A DNA stretch of 63,991 bases, counting the filler, from an uncultured bacterium (lineage in GTDB: Bacteria; Latescibacterota; UBA2968), in the NCBI GenBank assembly GCA_964471275.1. It is 4 parts of 4 records of this genome, joined end to end, with 100 filler letters (N's around TTAATTAATTAA, not from the genome) between each part and the next. Parts side by side here need not be neighbours in the genome. Positions count along the whole stretch, not along the records: positions 1 to 19,418 come from CAYYGZ010000066.1; positions 19,519 to 38,701 come from CAYYGZ010000067.1; 2 more parts are not named here. One strand, written 5' to 3'. Below the pieces are notes generated by a model, which saw only the letters and a program-made list of their open reading frames with translations, was not told the DNA's origin and did not search any database. Positions 10,382 through 20,759 of the stretch are shown here, in pieces (within the stretch, counting starts at the first letter, position 1; each line of letters starts with the position of its first letter). The position numbers and the translations under genes are program-made.

Positions 10382-12379
10382 ATGCCCCTCGCCACCGCAC
10401 CCATCTCGGACGCAACCAAAGCCCGCTCACCGATCACGGTCCGTTCGATCCTCCTCGGGCTGGGGACGGTGATCGCCTTGAGCGTTTACACAAACCACGC
10501 CGGTCTGGTGATGGGTTCGTCGTCGCTCGTCAAATCGCAGTACCCGATGGCAATGCTGCTGCCCTTCACGCTCTGGATCTTCCTGAACATTGGGCTCAAG
10601 GTATGCGCACCTCGAATCGCCTTGTCGGCAACGGAGCTTCTCGTCATCTATGCGATGTCGTGGATCGCCGGCGTCATCCCTCTGGAGGGTTGGACAGCCT
10701 ACCTCGTCAGCAGCATCAGCGTCCCAACCTTCTATGCTTCGCCGGAAAACCGATGGGAATCGATTATCTTCGATCGTCTGCCTTGGTGGATGTTCACGGA
10801 TCGCGCCCCGGGTGTCATCCGGCCGTTCTATGACGGCCTGAGCCCTGGCCAGACGATCCCGTGGCAGGCTTGGTTCCGTCCTCTTTTCTGGTGGACCGCC
10901 ATCTCTCTTGCAGTCGTCGGTGCGGGTACGTGTCTGTGTGTCATCTTCCAACGCCAGTGGGAAGATGCGGAGCGGCTGACCTATCCCCTTGCCCAGTTTG
11001 CGACCGAGTTGACCTCGGGATTCGATGAGCCGGGCTCCGTGCCTGCGCTCTTCAGGAACAGGATCTTCTGGTTCGGTTTCTTCACTGTCTTCGCCGTATT
11101 TCTCTGGAACATCTTCGGCTACTTCAACTACGCGCTTCCACGCATCACGGTTTATGGCGGCTACCTGGCGAAGCAGATCGATCTCGCACGGAACTTCCCG
11201 CCGATCTATTTGCGCATCCTGCCACCAGTCGTTGGACTGACCTACTTCTGCGATCTCGACATACTCTTCAGCTTTTGGTTCCTCCGCCTGATCGCAATCG
11301 TCAAACTTGGGATGATGACACGAGTGGGATTCACCGTCGGCCTTAAAGACCAGCAGGTCGATGGGGCCGGTGTTCTGGCTCTCGAGAGCCACGGCGCCCT
11401 GATCGTCCTCGCACTCTGGACCTTTGTCGTCGCCAGGGGCCACCTGAGTCGCGTGTGGATCGCCATTCGCGAAGGGACTGCGCATCCTTACAATGACGGT
11501 GTCATCCCCTACCGCACGGCTGCGCTCGGTCTCATCTTAGCCACACTCTTCATCGTGGGATGGATGACTGCCGTCGGGATGTCCCTATTCATCGCCCTTC
11601 TGCAGACGGCTTTGCTCTACACCGCATACCTGACAGTCGCCAAGTTCACGGCCGCGAGTGGATTCACACACCTGCTGCCGGTGTTCTCAAAGGGTGGCGG
11701 CGCTCTGAAGCAGTTCGTGGGGACGCGCAACATGATTCCGGGCGATTTCGTCGGCGTCGAAATGATCAACTCCAGCCAGTTCTTCGGAAACGACCGGATC
11801 CCGTCCTGGCCCGCCCTTCCCCATCACCTCCGCCTGCTCGGGGATCGATCGCGTCCTTCCATCGTGTGGCTCGCGCTTGGCGCCTTCATCATCGGTCTGA
11901 TCGCCTCGTTCTCGAGTGTCGTCTACCTTGCCTATCACGAAGGCGGCCAGAATCTGCACACTGCACCGTTTACCGGTCGATCAAACTCCGGTGCCGTTCG
12001 TCTCTACGATAACATGACGAAGCATATCCTGGGTGATAAGCCGACATCTTTCGATCCCACGAAGATGGTCGTGTGGCTCATCGGCTCCGCAGAGGCCATC
12101 CTCTTTGTTATCCTCCGAAACCGCGCCACCTGGTGGCCCGTTCATCCGATCGGCCTCGCCTTTCAGAACACCTCGGGCCCACGAATCTACGCTTTCTCAA
12201 TCTTCCTCACGTGGCTATCGAAGTCAATGCTCCTCCGCATTGGCGGTATCGGTCTCTACCGCCGCACCGCGCCGTATTTCATCGGCCTCCCGATCGGCTA
12301 CGTTACCGGCATTGCGGTCTCCTCGGTAATCGATCTCGTCTGGTTCCCGACCGGCGGGCATTGGACCCACGGGTGGTAA
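10382..12379 (+). CDS. Multi-pass membrane protein, DUF6785/DUF6784 type (putative transporter)
   Basis: RSILLG, RQWEDAERLTYPL, WWPVHPIG, RIGGIGLYR..PYFIGL and many TM segments. Confidence 0.7.
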   Translation: MPLATAPISDATKARSPITVRSILLGLGTVIALSVYTNHAGLVMGSSSLVKSQYPMAMLLPFTLWIFLNIGLKVCAPRIALSATELLVIYAMSWIAGVIPLEGWTAYLVSSISVPTFYASPENRWESIIFDRLPWWMFTDRAPGVIRPFYDGLSPGQTIPWQAWFRPLFWWTAISLAVVGAGTCLCVIFQRQWEDAERLTYPLAQFATELTSGFDEPGSVPALFRNRIFWFGFFTVFAVFLWNIFGYFNYALPRITVYGGYLAKQIDLARNFPPIYLRILPPVVGLTYFCDLDILFSFWFLRLIAIVKLGMMTRVGFTVGLKDQQVDGAGVLALESHGALIVLALWTFVVARGHLSRVWIAIREGTAHPYNDGVIPYRTAALGLILATLFIVGWMTAVGMSLFIALLQTALLYTAYLTVAKFTAASGFTHLLPVFSKGGGALKQFVGTRNMIPGDFVGVEMINSSQFFGNDRIPSWPALPHHLRLLGDRSRPSIVWLALGAFIIGLIASFSSVVYLAYHEGGQNLHTAPFTGRSNSGAVRLYDNMTKHILGDKPTSFDPTKMVVWLIGSAEAILFVILRNRATWWPVHPIGLAFQNTSGPRIYAFSIFLTWLSKSMLLRIGGIGLYRRTAPYFIGLPIGYVTGIAVSSVIDLVWFPTGGHWTHGW

Positions 12380-12592
12380 TAAGTGTCAGTTGAGCCCGCA
12401 GAAGCGAAGGAGATGGTATCTCGTTCGATTCACAGAGCTTCCTCGTGTATTCGTGATAGCTTCTGCAGATTTCTCAGTTGCCCAAGTTGACATCGCCGCA
12501 GAATTGAGAACATTTGCCTTGTCGCACATCGGCAACGACATCCTCCTCGCGAGGAGTCTCCATCCCCAAACCAGACAGATCAGGAGCCCACG

Positions 12593-13382
12593 ATGGCAAG
12601 ATTCACATCCCACGCGCCGGGTACATTCAGTTGGATCGATCTCGCCACATCCGATCAGGATGCGGCCAAAACGTTCTATGCGAGTTTGATGGGTTGGGAA
12701 AATATCGATGTGCCGATCGGGGACAGCGTTTGCTACAGCACAGCGTGGCGCAAATCGGTGGGAAAGACGTCGCCGCGATCTTTACCTTGCCCGAAGAGAA
12801 GGCAACGATGGGCATCCCTCCGCATTGGCAGAGCTATGTGACGGTTGTGAATTTTGACGATGCACCAGAGAGCGCCAGGAATCTCAGTGCGACCTTGATG
12901 GCCGAACCTTTTGATGTCATGACCGCCGGGCGGATGGCCGTCATCCAGGATCCGGGTGGTGCCGTATTCAATGTGTGGCAACCAGTCGAGAGCATCGGCG
13001 CCGAGATTGCCAACACGCCTGGAGCGCTTTGCTGGAACGAACTGTTGACCCGGGACATTGAAGGCAGCAAAGCCTTCTACACATCACTGTTCGGCTGGTC
13101 TGCAGACACGATGGATATGGGCCCAATGCAGTACACGATCTTCAAGAACGGCGATCGTCCGAATGGCGGCATGCTTGAAATCGATCCGGAGTGGGGTGAA
13201 GTCCCGCCGCATTGGATGGTCTATCTCTCCCTCGAAGACTGCGACGCTTCAGTCGAGCAGGTTGGATCTCTTGGCGGCCGGATCTTCGAGCAACCCCGTG
13301 ACATCCCGGAAGTCGGACGCACCTGCGTAGCCTCTGATCCTCAGGGCGCAGCATTCGCCCTCATCAAAGTCAACAACTCCGA
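12593..13382 (+). pseudogene. Two-domain VOC/glyoxalase protein (CFP32-like), frameshifted near 12740; 3' end lies in an N gap
   Basis: PGTFSWIDLATSD..FY in one frame; GRMAVIQDPGGA, CWNELLT, DPQGAAF in another. Confidence 0.7.
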
Positions 13383-13592
13383 NNNNNNNNNNGTAAACCA
13401 GACGATCTTCTCCCTCCGAATGGGACGCCCTCGCCGCCAGGCGAACGCCCCGATTCTCCCGGTTTGCCGGACCTACCTACCTGCCTTTTTGCCGATTTTC
13501 CGGCCTTCCCATCCCCGCCCCCCCCGCCTTACCTCCATACCTTCTTGTATTTCAGGACTTATCTCAATACTGTACATCCGTTCACTTTTCCA

Positions 13593-13626
13593 TTGACAAA
13601 TGCACAAATGTGCACCATGTTATACC
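13593..13626 (+). promoter_or_regulatory. Candidate sigma-70 promoter with a palindromic operator
   Basis: TTGACA at 13593-13598, TGCACA-AA-TGTGCA at 13601-13614, TGTTATACC (extended -10-like) at 13618-13626. Confidence 0.45.
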
Positions 13627-13713
13627 TCCACTCAGGGACAATACAGCATCTCAAATACACAAAATCCGCGGTCCCTGGAGTAGCCCAACCAGTCTGAAGA
13701 GGAGGATCGTCTC

Positions 13714-14550
13714 ATGCGTCGAGGACAAGACACAGCTTTGGCGGCTTACTATCGAGATGTAGAGCGCTACCCGCTGCTCACACCGGATGAGGAGAAGACG
13801 CTCGTTACGAGGATGAGCAAGGGTGATCGATCTGCTCGCAACAGACTGGTCAACGCCAACCTGCGGTTTGTGATACACGTCGCCAAGGGCTTCCAGAACC
13901 AGGGGCTCAGCCTGCCTGACCTCATTAATGAGGGCAATTTGGGTCTTATGACGGCGGCACGTAAGTTCGATCCAGACAAGGGCTGCAAATTCATCACCTA
14001 CGCAGTCTGGTGGATCCGGCAGAACATCCACAAAGCGCTGGAAACGCAGACCCGTTCGGTCCGTGTTCCGGCCAACGTCCTGAATGACCTGACACGCCTT
14101 CGTCGGGCTGAAACAGAGCTTTCACAGTCGCTCGAGCGTCAACCGACGAAGGAGGAACTCTCAACCGAAGCGGACTTCGGCCGGTCGAAGATCGACCATA
14201 CGCTCGGTGCCACCTACCAAACGCTGTCTCTCGACAGCCGTCGCTACGAGCAGGGCGACATCTCCTACGTGGAAACGATTCCCGATGAGGCCGTCGCCTC
14301 GCCCGACGAGGATCTGTATCGGCGACAGAACCACGGGGAAGTTCACTCCGCGATCCAGACGCTGAACCCGCGGCTTCAGACCGTGCTGGTTCTGCACTAC
14401 GGGATGGATGGCGATGAGCCCAAAACCTACCAGCAGATCGGTCTTCACCTCGGTGTCAGTCGGGAGCGCGTCCGGCAGCTCAAGGAAGAAGCCCTCGACC
14501 GGCTTCGCCAGAAGGATACCGGAAGGCGCCTTTTCTCTTTGCGGAACTGA
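13714..14550 (+). CDS. RNA polymerase sigma-70 factor, RpoD/RpoS-like, lacking region 1.1
   Basis: LLTPDEE, NANLRFVIHVAK, DLINEGNLGL, KFITYAVWWIRQ, VSRERVRQL. Confidence 0.92.
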   Translation: MRRGQDTALAAYYRDVERYPLLTPDEEKTLVTRMSKGDRSARNRLVNANLRFVIHVAKGFQNQGLSLPDLINEGNLGLMTAARKFDPDKGCKFITYAVWWIRQNIHKALETQTRSVRVPANVLNDLTRLRRAETELSQSLERQPTKEELSTEADFGRSKIDHTLGATYQTLSLDSRRYEQGDISYVETIPDEAVASPDEDLYRRQNHGEVHSAIQTLNPRLQTVLVLHYGMDGDEPKTYQQIGLHLGVSRERVRQLKEEALDRLRQKDTGRRLFSLRN

Positions 14551-14573
14551 TCGTAGCCGTCAGTCGTCAGCGA

Positions 14574-14604
14574 GGGGGATCGAGTCCTGAACTCGGTCCC
14601 CTTT
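14574..14604 (+). terminator. Intrinsic terminator-like hairpin after the sigma gene
   Basis: GGGGGATCGAGT-CCTGA-ACTCGGTCCCCT followed by TT. Confidence 0.55.
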
Positions 14605-14782
14605 GCATTGCGTGGCAATGGACCATGCTTCTGAGACACGACCCTTGTGATAGCCACCGCCTCGAGACGATTATCTGCTTTGATCTTGACCCCACTGTCT
14701 CTTGGCCGGAAGTTAGGGCTTGGCGGGGGAACGGGACCCCGGCGGTCTCAGCAGATGAACCAAAACCGGGAAATGTCTCAGC

Positions 14783-15610
14783 ATGAAAACCATACTCTTC
14801 ACAGTTCTCGCAGGACTTCTGCTCCTCTGGGCAGGTATCGGCGCTCTTCTCAAGTGGATAGAGAAGATCGAGCAGAAGCACATCCTCTGGCTGGGCGGAT
14901 ACGCCAGCGTGGTGACTTGCCTCCTGCTGTTCCTCGTAATCAATACCTCGATGACACAGCAAAGAGCGGCACTCGAAGGAACACAGACGCTGCTGAGCGA
15001 GCAGGTCGACAACTTCCGAATCCGGCTCGGTGAGATAACCGAACGTCTCATGGGGCAGATCGAAGAGAAGGCCGAGCTAACCTCCTCTGAAATGGAAGTT
15101 CGCGGTGACCTCCAGCAGGAGCGTGCCGAGCACAAGCTCGCCCGGGAGGAGCTGGCAAAGACCGTCCAGGAGGCGCAAACTGTGGCCGCCCTGCACGACA
15201 GAGAGCGACGAGCGCACTTCGCCTACGCCGACAGCCTGAACACAGAGAGATCGCTGCACGCGAGCACAAGAGACCGTTTGGCCAACGCAGAGGAGGCCCA
15301 CGAGGAAACACGGGGAGATCTCGGAAGGACACGCCGTTCGCTCGGACAGACCGAAGCACGTGCCAAGAGTCTCACCAGCGACGTCAAGAGACTCAGGAAG
15401 TCGGTTGAGAAAGCAGAATCCAGAGCAGAGAAATCCGAAGACAATGCAAAGAAGCTCCTAACACGGTTGAAGGGCCAGGATGCCCAGCTAGGGCAACACA
15501 CCGAGTCCCTGATCCGTCTTCAAGCGATGGTCGACTCACTCTACTACAAACGCTACAAACGTCTCTACACCGCGCCGGGCGAGGCCCTCAGAACACCCCC
15601 TGGCAAGTGA
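14783..15610 (+). CDS. Hypothetical protein: two N-terminal TM helices plus a long coiled coil
   Basis: Hydrophobic segments at aa ~4-22 and ~33-53, then E/K/R/A-rich heptads. Confidence 0.75.
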   Translation: MKTILFTVLAGLLLLWAGIGALLKWIEKIEQKHILWLGGYASVVTCLLLFLVINTSMTQQRAALEGTQTLLSEQVDNFRIRLGEITERLMGQIEEKAELTSSEMEVRGDLQQERAEHKLAREELAKTVQEAQTVAALHDRERRAHFAYADSLNTERSLHASTRDRLANAEEAHEETRGDLGRTRRSLGQTEARAKSLTSDVKRLRKSVEKAESRAEKSEDNAKKLLTRLKGQDAQLGQHTESLIRLQAMVDSLYYKRYKRLYTAPGEALRTPPGK

Positions 15611-15826
15611 TTGAACCGGAGAACGGAGCTTTCCTTCGACTGTTGCTGCTCTTCGATCTGCAGACACACGCAGTGGGCGGGGGAAAGATCTTGCACGAGG
15701 TTCGGTGGTTCTGCTATCTTGATTCCGCGCTGCGGGCCCCACCAGGCAGTATCTTTCCTTGGTGCCTTTAGTGCTGTAGATGGTTAATACCTTTCTGCAT
15801 CTACGAACAATCTTCTGGAGGCCCTC

Positions 15827-16660
15827 TTGGAAAACAAGAATGTACTGATTGCTGTTGGCGCTGGCGCCATCATTCTGGCCGTCGTCTTTGTCATCGCCTT
15901 GATGCCGACCGAACCCGAGGTGGACCCGTATGTCGTCCAGCTCGAATCTGAGGTCGCGACCTATACATCCCAAATCGACTCGATGAACAACGTCGTTGAC
16001 GGGCTGAACGGCAGGATCAACACGCTGCGCACACAGATGGACAGTGCAAGAGCATCCAACAAAGTGCTCATCGCTTCGCTACGCAAAGTCACGAATGAAA
16101 TGAAGGAATACCGACGTCTGTACGGCGAGCAAAAACGAGCCAACGAAAAGCTGATCACCGAACTGAAACAGGTCAGAGCAGACAACGAAGCGACAACAGT
16201 CGAAGTCAAGGGACTTCGGACAGAGGTGGATAGCCTGAACAACGCGCTCTACACCAAGACGGTTCGCCTGGTGCGGCTCGAGTCCAGCCTGGAAGAGGCA
16301 ATGGAAGAGAAGAAGGCCCTCGAAGAAACCGCGAAGTCTGTTCTCGTCATCACAGGGTTGGAAGACGAGCTAAAGGAGAGCGGCTACCTGAAGACCTGGC
16401 GCGCCGCGATCTTCAGCAAGAACTACCGCGTTGTCGACTTTCCCGATGTCCTCGAATCGAACACCATCAAGCGAATCTCGCTTGGCGAAACGCTCGCCCT
16501 GGCGGGCGAACTCCAGGCCATCTGCGACCGTCATGGCAAGCTGGAAAAGGGCAAGGAGTACGAAGTCAGCAAGGGCCCTTCAGGCCAGTCGCTGATCACC
16601 TTCATCGACGACACACTCCAGGGCCAACGCATCCTCGCCGTCTTCAAAGACAAGAACTAG
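15827..16660 (+). CDS. Hypothetical protein: N-terminal TM anchor, coiled coil, C-terminal globular domain
   Basis: GGAGG RBS with TTG start; VLIAVGAGAIILAVVFVIALM; ~130 aa of heptads; beta-rich C-terminus. Confidence 0.75.
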   Translation: MENKNVLIAVGAGAIILAVVFVIALMPTEPEVDPYVVQLESEVATYTSQIDSMNNVVDGLNGRINTLRTQMDSARASNKVLIASLRKVTNEMKEYRRLYGEQKRANEKLITELKQVRADNEATTVEVKGLRTEVDSLNNALYTKTVRLVRLESSLEEAMEEKKALEETAKSVLVITGLEDELKESGYLKTWRAAIFSKNYRVVDFPDVLESNTIKRISLGETLALAGELQAICDRHGKLEKGKEYEVSKGPSGQSLITFIDDTLQGQRILAVFKDKN

Positions 16661-16764
16661 CCTTAGAACCCCCCAATGTGTACAAAGGTGGTCGATCTCA
16701 ATAAGATCAACCGCCTTTCTCCGCTTTGGTGGCCGTCGGGCGGGCACCGGGGGGCCCCGGTCCA

Positions 16765-17184
16765 CTACCACATGTGCACAAAAACCGCCGGTCTGATCTT
16801 CTCTCCGGTCGGTGCGGTCGACAGCAGTGAATCCGCAACGGCCGCATCGTTCACCATTCGCTCGCGATTTCCACCCTTCAGAAACAGATGCAGATTCTTG
16901 TCAGGCTGTGCAACCAGCCCGCTCAGAATCGTCTGAAACTCCCCATCCCGGAGCATCCGCTGCACGCTCTTCCCGTCTGCCGACACACCGAGTCCCTGTG
17001 ACGTATACACGATCACCACGTCATCGACCTCGGGATCGTGATGGTGCACTCGCCAGACCGGCTGGGACATGTTCAAGATCATGATCCCCAGCGTCAGCAT
17101 CAGCATCATGATTCCAAGGAACAGTTCCTTGCTGACATCATGATCCTCGACCTCAGCAACCGCCTTCTTCAGAAATCTCGCCAC
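16765..17184 (-). CDS. ExbD/TolR-like single-TM protein (divergent)
   Basis: Short N-terminus, TM ELFLGIMMLMLTLGIMIL, small soluble domain; directly downstream of a MotA/ExbB gene. Confidence 0.5.
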   Translation of the reverse strand: MARFLKKAVAEVEDHDVSKELFLGIMMLMLTLGIMILNMSQPVWRVHHHDPEVDDVVIVYTSQGLGVSADGKSVQRMLRDGEFQTILSGLVAQPDKNLHLFLKGGNRERMVNDAAVADSLLSTAPTGEKIRPAVFVHMW

Positions 17185-17277
17185 CCGTTTCTCCGGTCAT
17201 CTTGCCTGCCGTAGGCTGGGAGCCTCTGAATCCGGGTCTCCCGCCCTTCACGACCTCACCACTCACTACCTCACTGC

Positions 17278-18081
17278 CTACTCCTCACTGCCTTTCCCCA
17301 TCTCCTCATCTCGCCACGCCAGCCACGCCCGTTCCACCTGCCCTGCCTTCGACATCATCGCATCAAAACCTTTCCTCAGGGGCAAGTACGCGATCAGGGC
17401 AACCAGTGTCGTTTGGAATGCCAGCACAAGCCCCCCCGCCATATCCCTCAGCACCTTGAACGACTCCGTCGCTTCACTCAGGTTCGTCAACTCATCAGCC
17501 ATCAGAAGGATGCCGCATACTGTCCCCAGATACCCGTAGAACGGAAGGCGCGACAGCGCACGCTGCCCCGCGATCAACCGATCCCCAACCACACCAATCA
17601 GTTCCTCGACGACATCATCGTCGCGCGTACGAAGTGCCGCCGGATCATAGCCCGACGACATCAGCGCTTTCAGCTCAGTCTTGCGCTTGACCGTGAGCGT
17701 GGGCTTCTGAGGCCTGCCTTCACCTTTTGAGCCCCCACTCAGGTCATCGTGTTCGTCGATAAGACGCATCCACACGTGGATCAACCCGAAAAGATGCCCG
17801 GAAAACGCGGCCACGATCAGCGCGTAGGATCCACGACCAAGCCACTCGATCGGACCACTCGCCGACTCCGCAAGGAAGTAATAATAAACGAAGAGCACAC
17901 CGATACCCATCCCGGCCAGCCCCCCGATGATCGCTGCCACGATCGTGGACTGCCCTCGGACGAGCCCGTAGTGGCTGTCCTCCTTGCCCAGGGTCTCTGC
18001 CCGCTTCATCAGGGACATTGCGCCCACGACCGCACAACTGGCACTCAAAACAACGGAAACTACAATTTCAAGCCACGTCAC
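17278..18081 (-). CDS. MotA/TolQ/ExbB proton channel family protein
   Basis: LPFYGYLGTVCGI and GGLVLAFQTTLVAL channel helices; three additional N-terminal TM segments. Confidence 0.8.
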   Translation of the reverse strand: MTWLEIVVSVVLSASCAVVGAMSLMKRAETLGKEDSHYGLVRGQSTIVAAIIGGLAGMGIGVLFVYYYFLAESASGPIEWLGRGSYALIVAAFSGHLFGLIHVWMRLIDEHDDLSGGSKGEGRPQKPTLTVKRKTELKALMSSGYDPAALRTRDDDVVEELIGVVGDRLIAGQRALSRLPFYGYLGTVCGILLMADELTNLSEATESFKVLRDMAGGLVLAFQTTLVALIAYLPLRKGFDAMMSKAGQVERAWLAWRDEEMGKGSEE

Positions 18082-18150
18082 GTAGACTCCTCATCAGGTC
18101 ACCCATCAGTTCAATGATTCTCAATCTTCTTTCTTCACATCTCCACATCT

Positions 18151-19518
<1,368 letters not shown>

Positions 19519-19704
19519 GTCCGCCAGCAGTGCATTGGCCAGTTCCATGTCTGCCGCGTTCGCATCGAGAATCTCATTTCGACGGCTCTCGATCGCGAGC
19601 GCCATCGCCTCGAGGCCCGCATTCCGTTCCGATTCGGGCGCCTGAGCAAGCACGCGCGAAGCCAGTCTTGCTGTCCGAGTTGCCACTCTGATATCATCTG
19701 CCAT
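19519..19704 (-). CDS. proA: Gamma-glutamyl phosphate reductase, N-terminal part (truncated by contig end)
   Basis: ARLASRVLA..ERNAGLEAMALAIE..EILDANAADM. Confidence 0.75.
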
Positions 19705-19725
19705 GACGTATCTCCACGGGTGTAC

Positions 19726-20757
19726 CTACAGCAACCGCTCAGCCAGCGCCTCAACCTGATCCCACGTCGCGTCCTCGACAGGGATGCCATTCGCCAGCCG
19801 CTTTTTCTTCGTACGATGCGACCGTTCTCCCGGAATCAGTACCTCGTCGAATCCCTCGGCAGTCGGGGTCGCCTTCACATAGTCGACAAACTGTCCGACT
19901 TCCGATCTAAAATCATCAAGTAACTGAAACGCCTCGACATTGATCACCTGGATATACAGCGCATTTCCAGTCGCCGGAGGATCCGCCTGCGTGCATCCTG
20001 CGGGCGACAGAGCTCCGGATAGAATATCGATCGCGATCGCAAGCGCTGACCCTTTGTGTGCGACAGACCCGCCAAAGGGGACAAGCGCGCCTCCGTGTGT
20101 CGTGTATTCTGCGGGATCATCACTTGGCTTCCCTTCAGCGTCGACGACCCACCCCTCTGGCACCTTCTCTCCGCGTGCCACTGCAACTCGCATCTTACCG
20201 CCGGCCGCAACGGCTATGGTCATATCGACAGCAACAGGCCAATCCTTGTTCGACGGGAAGGCCGCAGCGAAACAGTTCGCCGGCAGAATCCGTCCAACCC
20301 CTCCCCACGGGGCAAGCGCCTTATCCGCACCGTGTCCGTTGTTCGTGATCAGCCCGACCAGCCCCTCCTCCGCCGCCAGGGGTGGGTATGCGCCGAGCCT
20401 GCCTACGTGGTGACAATTGTGCACCGTGACAATCCCTATCGACGCCTCCTTCGCCTTCTGGATGGCGATCCCCATCGCATCTGTCGCCGTAACGTGGCCG
20501 AATCCCCAGTTGCCATTCACAACGGCCGTGGCTGCTGTTTCTTTCTCGATGACGGTCTCTGCACCGGCCTGGATCCGACCCTCCTCCAGTCCCTTCACAT
20601 ACTGCGGAACGCGAATGATCCCGTGTGAATCGTGACCGAGCAGATTCGATTCGACCAGGAGCGTAGCGACCACGCCAGCCTCGCGCTCCGTCGCACCTGC
20701 AGCAGCATATATTGCCGAAACTTTCTCTCTGATGTCATCTGCTGATAGAACAGGCAT
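19726..20757 (-). CDS. Ldh_2 family (malate/L-lactate/sulfolactate/ureidoglycolate) dehydrogenase
   Basis: GHDSHG, HHVGRLGAY, HKGSAL, IPGE. Confidence 0.88.
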   Translation of the reverse strand: MPVLSADDIREKVSAIYAAAGATEREAGVVATLLVESNLLGHDSHGIIRVPQYVKGLEEGRIQAGAETVIEKETAATAVVNGNWGFGHVTATDAMGIAIQKAKEASIGIVTVHNCHHVGRLGAYPPLAAEEGLVGLITNNGHGADKALAPWGGVGRILPANCFAAAFPSNKDWPVAVDMTIAVAAGGKMRVAVARGEKVPEGWVVDAEGKPSDDPAEYTTHGGALVPFGGSVAHKGSALAIAIDILSGALSPAGCTQADPPATGNALYIQVINVEAFQLLDDFRSEVGQFVDYVKATPTAEGFDEVLIPGERSHRTKKKRLANGIPVEDATWDQVEALAERLL

Positions 20758-20759
20758 GC

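Noticed and set aside
16765..18081. Zorya defence system or flagellar stator
   Set aside because: The partner lacks a recognisable OmpA-like domain, there is no long ZorA tail, and no zorC/D/E or flagellar genes are visible. Kept only as an orphan motor-like module.
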